Shown here in pieces: positions 46,525 through 64,000 of a stretch of DNA of 64,000 nucleotides. The position numbers and the translations under genes are program-made. Under the pieces are notes generated by a model that was given only the letters and a program-made list of their open reading frames with translations, did no database searches and had not been told where the DNA came from. Source of the stretch: the human T2T-CHM13v2.0 reference genome, Homo sapiens. The DNA is taken from the NCBI RefSeq assembly GCF_009914755.1, contig NC_060947.1; one strand, written 5' to 3'. The stretch's first letter is position 1; every line of letters begins with the position of its first letter.

Positions 46525-48276
46525 TTAAAAGTATCCAGTCAGAGTAGCTCAGAGGAACAAAAAGAAAAGAAAAGGAAAACCATGAAGAAAACCTAAAAAA
46601 CTTATAGGACACTATCAAGTGAAAGAATATAGGTATTATGGATTTCCCAGAAGTATGAGAGAGAGAGAATCAGAAAGCTTATTAAAAAATAATGGCTGAA
46701 AATTTCCCAAATTTGGAGGGAAAAAAATGGACATCGAGATCCAGGAAGCTCAAAAGGTCTAAAATAAGATGAACCCAAAGAAATTCTTATGAAGACATAT
46801 AATTAAATTGTCAAAAATAAAAAACAGATAGTTTTTGAAAGCAGAAAGGTAAAATAACTTGTCACATGCAAGGGAGCTGTACAAGACCATCAGTGGACTT
46901 TTCAGCAAAGCATCACAGGCCAGAATTGAGTGGAATCATATATTCATACTGCTAAAAGAAATTTTTAAAAGCCCTGTCAACCAAGATACTATACCAAATA
47001 ATGCTGTTTTTCAGAAATGAAGACAGCATGAAGAATTTCTCAAACAAATGGAAAATGAAGAGGTTTATTATCATGAGCCCTAACTTACAATAAGTGTGAA
47101 AGGGAGTTCTTCAACTTGAAATAAAAATACTCTACCAGCAACATGATAGCACAAGAAAGCATAAAGCCCATTGGTAAAGATAAACATAGACAAATACAGA
47201 AACTACATTTCAATAGTGATGGTGGGTAAACCAGTTTTAATTCTGATAAAAATGTTTCAAGTAACAAATATTGAAAGTAATAACTAAAATATGTTAATGG
47301 ATAAACAAAACAGATATAAATTGTGACATCAATAATATATAGTGAAAGATGTAAAAGTGTAGAGTTTTTATATATGATTGAAGTTAACTTGTTATCAGTT
47401 CAAAATAAAATTTTATGGTGACAACAAAGAAATATTTAAAGACGTTATACAAAGGTAAAAAGGAGGGGAATCAAAGCATATCAATACAAAAATCAACAAA
47501 TACCACCACGACTGCAAGAGGGGAAAAGAGGAACAAAAGGGATAAGAGACAAGCAGAAAATAATGATCAAAATGGCATAAGTAAATTATTTCCTCTAAAA
47601 ATTAATTTAAATGTAAATGTATTAAATTTTCTATGCAAAAGACAGAGTGGATGAAAAGATTTAAAAAGCACCATCCAATTATATGCTGTCTACAATAGTT
47701 CATTATATTTAAGGACGCTCAAAGGCTGGAAGTGAAAATATTGAAAAAGATATTCTATGCAAATGATAGCAAAAAGAGAAAATGGGTGGCTATATTTACA
47801 TAAGAAAATATAGACTTACAGTCAAAAGCTATCACAAATGACAAAAAGAACATTATATAATGATAAAGGGTCAATTCATAAAGAAGATATAATAATTACA
47901 AACATATGTTCAACCAATATAAAAACATGTAAATATATGAAGCAAACATTGACAGAACTGAAGGGAAAAATAGATAACAATAATATAATAGTAAGAGACT
48001 TTGATATATTCCCTTCCTATAAAGGATTTAACAACTAGAATACAATGAACAAAGAAAAAGTTGACTTCAACAGCATTATAGGCTAATTGCTCTGACAGGC
48101 ATATATAGAACATTCCACCCAAAAGCAGCAGAATACATATTCTTCTCAAGCACATGTGAAAAATTCTCCATGACAGATTACATGATATGTTACAAAACCA
48201 GCCTTAGAAAATTGAAGAAATTTGAAATCATACCAGATATCCTTTCTGACACGAATATTATAAAACTAGAAAACAA

Positions 48277-52144
<3,868 letters not shown>

Positions 52145-52162
52145 AGAAAACAAAAGCGGATA

Positions 52163-56335
<4,173 letters not shown>

Positions 56336-59300
56336 GAGAATTCAAAAGCAGAAAGAAACAGAAAAAAAATGGACAAAAATGTGGAAATTAAACAACACAC
56401 TACTGATTAACCACTGTATCTAAGAATAAATGAAAGGAAACATTTAAAGTATCTTCAGAAAAACAAAACACAACAAAAGAAAACTTAGAAGATAAAGTAA
56501 AAGCAGCACTAAGAGGGAAGTTTAGAGTGATAAAAGCCTGAATCAAACTTTTTAGTCAAAAAAATTAAAAAGATGTCAAATAAACATCTTAACTTTTGCC
56601 TCAAGGAACTCTAAAAATAAACTTATTCTAAATATATAAATAGAAAATTAAAAATAAAAATTAAAACAGTGATAAATAAAAGAGACTAGAAAAAATAGAA
56701 AAAAATCAACAAAATCAGGCCTGTGTTTTCGAAAAGACACACAGAATTAACAAACCCTTAGACTATGAGAAAAAGAGAAAATGCTCATATAATATCAGAA
56801 ATTAAAAATGTGACATTATGAGGAAAGCCTAAGAAATAAAAAGGACTATAAGACACTATTATGAACAATTATTTATTAACAAATTGAACAATCTATGATA
56901 AATGTATATTTCACTAGAAACATGTAATGTACCAAAATAGAATTGAAAAGAAGATGAAAGCCCGACCAATAAGAAATGAGATTTAATCATTAATCAGAAA
57001 CCTTCCAACAAAGAAAAGCTCAGGACCAATCTATTTATGGGCAAATTCTACCAAACATTCAAAGAAAATTAATACCAATTATTCTGAAATTTTTTCAGAA
57101 AAATAGAAAAGAGAGCATTTACAAGCTTTTTAAAAAACCCATAGAAAGCAAGAAAGACACCACACAAAAAGAAAACTTCATGTCAATATTCCTGATCAAC
57201 ACAAAGGCAAAAATCATTAATAAATTACCTAAAAAGTGAATTCAACCACACATTAAAAACATTACATGACATGAACAAATGGCATATATCTCTGTGTTGC
57301 AAGAATGTTTAACACACGCAAATCAATGTGATACACCACTTTCATAGAATAAAAGATTAAAACCACATAGTTGTGTCAATAGATGCAGAAAAACCACTTC
57401 AAAAAAAATCAAAATTCATTTATGATAAAATCACTCTCAAAAAATATGTATAGAAGAAACTTACCTCAACAAAATAAAACCCATGTATGAAAAGTCAACA
57501 AGTAACATCATAATCAGTAGGAAAAAACTGAAAACTTTTCCTCTAAGATCAAGTACAAGGCAAGGATGCTGACTCTTGCCACTTGTATTCAACATGGGAC
57601 TGGAATTTCTTGCCAGGGAAATTAACAACAAAAACAAAAATGAAATAAATAAAAGTCATCCAAATATGAAAGGAAAAAGTAAAATTATCTGTATGGAGAT
57701 GATATTATCATGTACTTACAAACCTTAAAATCTCAACAAAACAACTGTTAGAACTAACGAGTGTATTCAGTAAAGTTGCAGAACACAAAATCAACTTAGA
57801 AAATTAGTGGAGTTTTTATACATTAACAGCAAAATATACCAAAATGAAATTAAGAAAGATATCCCCTTTATAATCAAGAGTAAAATACTTAGAAATAAAT
57901 TTCTCCAAATAAGTAAAAACAAAAAACAAAAACTATAGACTGTAAATTTTAGAAGTTCTATGAGAGAAATTAAAGAAGACAGAGAAAAATGGAAAGTCAT
58001 ACTTTGTTCGTGGATTGGAAGAAATAATATAATTAAAATGTACATTCAACCTAAAGTGATCTACAGATTTAATAAAATCCCTATGGAAAACTCCAATGCC
58101 ATTTTTCACATAAGTAGAAAAACAATTTCAAAATTCTTATAGAACCACAAAGACCTCGAACAGCCAAAGCAATCTTGAGAATGTAGCACAAGTCTAGAGG
58201 CATCACACTTCCTGGTATCAAACTATACTAAAGAGCTGTAACAATCAAAACAGTATGATTGTGGCATAAAAACAATTATACCAATGGAACAGAGTTGAAA
58301 TCCCAGAAATAAACCCACACATATACAGTCAATTAATTGTTGACAAGGGTGCTGAGAATAAACAATAAGGAAAGGATATTCCCTTCAATAAATGGTGTAA
58401 AGAAAACTGGATATTCACATGGAAAGAATGAAATTGGAGTTTCATCTTACACTGTATACCAAAATTAACTCAACATAGATTAAGGACTTAAATATAAGAC
58501 TTGAAATCATAAAACTCCTAAAAGACAACAGGGAAAAACTTTCTGACATTTGTCTTGGCAATGTTTTTCTGGATGTGACATCAAAAGCACAGGCAACAAA
58601 AGCAAAAACAAATAAGTCATACTACATCAAACTAAAATGCTTCTACACAACAAAAGAAATAACACAGTGTAGAGACAATCTAAAAATGGGAGAAAATAAT
58701 TGCAAACTATATATCTGATATGGGGTTAGTATTCAAATTATTTAAAGAACTCATCCAAATCCATAACAAATATTAAAAATTGGCACAGGCTTTGATAGAA
58801 ATTTCTCCAGAGAAGATATTTAAGTAAATAGTCAACAGTTATATGGAAAGGTGTTCAACATCACTAATCATCAGAGACATGCAAATCAAAATCACAGTGA
58901 GATATCACCTCACACCTATTACAATGGTTTTTAAAAAGAAAGGAAATAACAAGAGTTGGTGTGAGTGTGGAGGAAGAATACACTCGTACAATGTTGGTGG
59001 GAATGTAAATATGTACAACCTACTGTAGAAAACCATATGGTAGTTTTTCAAAAAATTAAAAATAAAAATACCATATGATCCAGCAATTCCAATTTTGGGT
59101 ATATATCCAAAGGAACTGAAATCAGGATCTTGAAAAGGTATCTGCACTCTCATGTTCATTGCTGCATTATTCACAGTAGCCAAGATATGAAATCAACCTA
59201 CAAGTCCATCAGTGGCTAAGTGCATTAAAAAAATGTGGTATAAGAACACAATGGAATACTCTTCAGCCATCAAAAATAAGAAAATCCTTTCATCTGCAAC

Positions 59301-59733
59301 AATATGGATGAACCTGGTGGATACAAAGTTATGTGAAATAAGCCAACTACAGGTAGACGAATGCCACATGATCTCACTTATATGTGAAATCTAAAAAAAG
59401 TTTAATTTAAAAAGCAGAGAGAAGAATAGTGGTTACCAAGAGCTGGGGTGGGGGGTTTGGGGATATGTTGGTCAAAAGATCCAAACATCACTTACACAAG
59501 AGAGGTAAGTTCAAGAGATCTATTGCACAGCATTGTGTGTACAGTTAATAATAATGTATTGTATACTTGGAGATTGCTTACAGAGTAGATTTTGAGTGTT
59601 CTCAACACAAAAAATAATTATATGAGAGAATATATACAATAATTAGCTCACTTTAGTCCTTTCATAAATATGGCAAAAGAGCATGCTGTATCATAAATAT
59701 ATATGATTTTACTTGTCAATTAAAAATAAAAAA

Positions 59734-60305
59734 ATAGAAATAACATATTATCCAGCAATCTTGCTTCAGGGTATTTATCCAGAAGAACTAAATCAGGATC
59801 TTAAAGAGATATTAACACTCCTATGTTTGTTGAATCACGATTGCCAATAACCAAGATATGGAAACAATCTAAAGAACTATCAAGAGACGAATGGATAAAG
59901 AAAATATGGTGTATATATACAATGGAATATTATTAAGCCTTAAAAAGGAATAAAATCTGACACATGTTATCACAAGGATGAACCTTGAGAGATGATTCAA
60001 GGTAAAATAAGCCAGTCACACAAAGACAAACACTGCATGATTCCACTTACATGAGGTATCTAAAATATCTAAAATATTCAAACTTACAGAAGCAGAGAGT
60101 TTAATGGGAGTTGTCAGGAACTGGGGAGGGGAAAATGGAGAGTTTTTATTTAATGGATATAAAGTTAAAGTTATGTAAGATGGGTAAGTTCTAGATATCT
60201 GCTGTGAAACATTGTGCCTCTGGTTAACAATACTGTACTCTACACTAAATATCTGTTAAGAGAGTAGATCTCATCTTAAGTTTGGTTACCACAATAAAAA
60301 AAAAT
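59734..60305 (+). mobile_element. L1MA9/10-L1MB-like 3' end
   Basis: aagttctagatatctgctgtg...gttaagagagtagatctcatcttaag...accacaataaaaa. Confidence 0.75.
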
Positions 60306-60361
60306 TTAAAATTTTGTTCCACAACCATAGAATTTGCTAGATGAAATAAATTCCTCTTTCA

Positions 60362-60807
60362 TTTTTCTAAAATATTTTTTATTACACTTTAAGTTCTAGG
60401 GTACATGTGCACAACGTGCAGGTTTGTTACATATGTATACATGTGCCATGTTGGTGTGCTGCATCCATTAACTCGTCATTTACATTAGGTATACCTCGTA
60501 ATGCTATCCTTCCCCCCCTCCCCATCCCACAACAGGCTGCTGTGTATGATGTTCCCCTTCCCGTGTCCAAGTGTTCTCATTGTTCAATTCCCACCTATGA
60601 GTGAGAACATGCGGTGTTTGGTTTTTTGTCCTTGTGATAGTTTGCTGAGAATGATGGTTTCCAGCTTTATCCATGTCCTTACAAAGGACATGAACTCATT
60701 CTTTTTTATGGCTGCATAGTATTCCATGGTGTATATGTGCCACATTTTCTTAATCCAGTCTATCATTGATGGACATTTGGGTTGGTTCCAAGTTTTTGCT
60801 ATTGTGA
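60362..60807 (-). mobile_element. 5'-truncated L1PA5-like 3' end
   Basis: Minus ORF ending KHRMFSLIGGN*, 3' UTR, T-rich tail. Confidence 0.9.
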
Positions 60808-60894
60808 TAGCAAAAATGATACCACAGTCACAACTATGCCAGATGACTTCGGGTGGCTGTAAAACCATCTTCAGTTAATTCATCATTTATTTGG

Positions 60895-61105
60895 CAGCAA
60901 TGTGAAAATTAGGTACACCAAATCTGGAGTCATTTTGTCTAGATTCAAACTCCAGATCTACCATTGAGACAAGTTACTTAATCTGTAAGTGGCACAGTTT
61001 TCTCATCTGTAAATGGGATAATAATAAACCATAGGATTTGTGTGTTGATAACATGAATGCCTGGCACATAGCAAGCAGGCCATAAATGTTAGCTACTATT
61101 ATTAG
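60895..61105 (+). mobile_element. MIR
   Basis: caagttacttaatct...cagttttctcatctgtaaatgggataataa...tgcctggcacatag. Confidence 0.8.
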
Positions 61106-61764
61106 TGATTATGCTCCTGAATATATTTGAAAGGCAAAGCTCTTATCCCTTCCGGTAAAATCCACAATCTTTCTCTGGCACCCACTTGGAATAATGCCTT
61201 TCCTGCTTACTTACAGCCAGTTATAACTCCACTCTATACCCCATCAAAAGACCTGTTTCCTTAAACGTTCCTCCGGATAGTGTCAATTGGAGCAAATATA
61301 AATATAACACAGGCTTCAAATCTGGGTGGCACGTGTGTAGGAATAGCCTCTGGCATAGCAAGTAAAATCTACTAACAGGTAAATTTAAATGAATTTATGC
61401 CTATTAGAGTGTGTATTCTGAGCTCCCAATCACAACCAAAAAAAGGGATTTTAAAATCACTACAGAACACTCCTTGAGAGATTGGTTCAATGAGGGACTC
61501 TGAACACAAAATTTTTTAAAAAATTATTTTTTCCACATACAAGGCTGTATGCCTTTGTGTCAAAATTAAACGTGAAACTAGCTTCTGTGTTTCAAAAACA
61601 AATAAACAAACAAGCAGTTGGAGACAATGCCCATAAAGGCAATTAAAATGATCACAGTGATGGAAAGAATTTTGAAAATGATATAAAAAAGATAGCTGGA
61701 AGAGGCTATTAGAAAAATTTCTTACGTTCTAAGAGCAGTGAATAAGGTAAACATCCAAATAAAT

Positions 61765-61995
61765 TTTAACATTTACTGAGCCCTCTTATATCAGGTATTT
61801 TGTCTGCATTACCTCCTTTTTATTTTCCTCATGGCAATCTTATGAGGTATGAGTCATTTTTATCCTCATTGTACCAATGAGGAAACTGAGGCTTAAAGTG
61901 GCAAAAGAACCTTGAAAAAAAAAACAGGAATCACATGGTTTCAAACTTAACAGTTTGGCTTCAGAGCCTACAATTATAACCATTGTGTTACACTT
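61765..61995 (-). mobile_element. MIR
   Basis: aacatttactgag...atgaggaaactgaggctt...tggcttcagagcc. Confidence 0.75.
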
Positions 61996-62049
61996 CCTCC
62001 CATATTATTTGGGAAAAGGACAGAGTCATTTATTAACTTTAGAGTCTGC

Positions 62050-63590
62050 TACGTTAAACAAGAGTATTAACAATTTAGATATGATCACTTAAAAAGACAG
62101 CAATAAAGTACACAACTTACAAACCAGTAGAGGCAAGATAATAATTGGAATAAAATATGCTACAAATCCAAAAGAAAGCAGGAAATGAGAAAAAAAAGTA
62201 ATATTAAAAAAGGAGAATAGAGGAACCACAAAACTAGATGGTAGAAATAAATCCAAAAACTGTCAGTAAACATGAAAAGCAAATGGATTAAACTCATAAG
62301 TTTGAAAGATTATCTAAGTGGGATTTTAAATGATATTCATAAGACTCATACCTTACCTGTAAGACACAGAAAGCTGGGCCATAAAAAAAAGTTGAAAATA
62401 GATACGCCAGACAAATCTCAAGCAAATATAATGAGAGATAAACCTAATGGGAGAGGGTAACACATCTTCCTTAAAAACTGTCAGTTTAAGTATTAGAATA
62501 TTAGTAAGATTACAGGAGTGATGAAAATCACAAAGAATAAATTTGATATGAGACATATTTAGAACATATGGTGGATTTCTTATCAATTACACATGGAATA
62601 TTTACAGAATTGACTACATGTTAGGTGCTAAAGCAAGGATCAAAAAATTTCAAAGAATATGCATCACATATGATACAGTCTCTGAGTGCAATGCAATTTA
62701 CAAATAAATAGTAAACAAACAAAAATATTAAAGGTGTGTTTAGAAATTCAAGTGCACATTTCATATTTCACTGTTCAAAGCAGAAATTATAATGGGAATA
62801 GGAAGATAATTCAAATTCAATTTTAGTAAACATAGATACCACAACTTGTGAAATACACAGAAAAAGAATGTTCAGGGAAGTGTACAGCCTTAAATTTTTG
62901 TATCGCAAAAGAAGAAAGCTTAAATACTGAGTCAATTATCTAACTTAAAGAAAAATTAGAAGAACAGAAAAATAATCCTAAGCCATGTGGAACGGAAGAA
63001 ATTATAAATACAAAAGTAAAAATGTTGAGTAGAAAAAATCAAATAGATCAACAGAAATAAACAGTAATCCTTTGAATTGACAAATATTTGGTAGGTTTAT
63101 CATGAAAAGAAAAAACAAAAATAAACAATACTAAGAAAGAAAAAGAGTGCTTAACTACATATGATGTAAAGATTTTTAAAATAAGGGAATACCATAAAAA
63201 CTTCACACCAACAAATTCAAAAACTTAGTCAAAATTGCCAATTTACTAGGAAATTAAAACTTCCAGAAATAACTCAGGAAGAAATGAAGCCTGATTGAAC
63301 CTATGATCATTAAAATCATTGAACCAATTGTTAAAAAAATTCTACAATCAAATAAACAAAAAAGAATGGTAATAAAAAAAACAGGAGCTAATTGTTTAAG
63401 GATCTTTCTATCAAATATTCAAGGGATGGATAATTCCAATTTTATGCAAGTTTCTCCAGAAAATAGGAAGAAAGAAACACTATCCAGGTCATTTTATGAA
63501 ACTAACATAACCTTAATACTTAATACATAAGAGAAAGAAGTACTCACAATACAAGCAAGCAAGAAAAAAATCAGCTAAAACTGTAACAAA
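62050..63590 (+). mobile_element. Ancient L1M ORF2 5' remnant
   Basis: Decayed endonuclease/linker text; ORF 63303 ends SFYETNITLI (cf. [10 protein letters not shown]). Confidence 0.7.
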
Positions 63591-63605
63591 TTATTAAAGG
63601 CCAAA

Positions 63606-64000
63606 TGTGGGTTAGCATATCAGTCTGGACATATCGGTCTGGAATAGCTGTAGGCCCAAGATACAAGAGAAATTTTGAGAATGTTTTACTTGTACCTCCA
63701 CCAGGTGATCAGGAAAAAGATTGAGGGAAGGCCAGGAGATCAAAGAAAGCCCCCTTCAATGATATCGGCATGCAAAAGGTGTGTTCCTCAGAGAACAAGG
63801 ACAAAACTTCACTTGCTTACCTAGATCCTTCAGTCCTGCAAGCCAAAAGCCTTATACCACTAGGGGAGACTTAGTTAATGCTGGTGTTCTTAGGAGAGAG
63901 GCAAAGATTTATTGTCACTTCAGGGGGACTAGAAGCAATGCCCTTTATGCCTGTTGGGGTGAGTAGGAAACACTTTTTTCTCAAAAGACAAAGGAAATGA
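63606..64000. other. Unassigned, more GC-rich segment, possibly an LTR running off the window
   Basis: Abrupt composition change from the A-rich L1, starting at TG; family not recognised. Confidence 0.3.

Overview
Human genomic DNA (an L1HS-Ta element is present), AT-rich and roughly 70% LINE-1 by my hand estimate, as in an intergenic or deep-intronic L1-dense domain. I recognise no protein-coding gene, RNA gene or prokaryote-type system. Nearly all listed ORFs are decayed L1 ORF1/ORF2 pieces, antisense L1 frames, Alu or microsatellite frames, plus one mariner transposase remnant. The window is a layered retrotransposon graveyard: a 5'-truncated L1HS-Ta, a full-length L1PA5, five 5'-inverted (twin-primed) L1s, old L1M elements, four Alus, MaLR/ERV1/ERVL LTRs, HSMAR2, MER58A/MER5 and MIR/L2/CR1. 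The most unusual signals concern insertion mechanism: two adjacent independent inverted L1s with the same inversion breakpoint, a tail-less inverted L1 with a perfect 16-bp TSD, an L1HS-Ta that appears to have deleted part of an older L1, an Alu with a micro-inverted poly(A) tail, and a miniature THE1 provirus with both LTRs broken at the same point. An L1-free island at about 37.3-44.7 kb carries an LTR2 solo LTR and candidate minus-strand splice signals. Subfamily names come from remembered diagnostic motifs and need RepeatMasker/Dfam confirmation.
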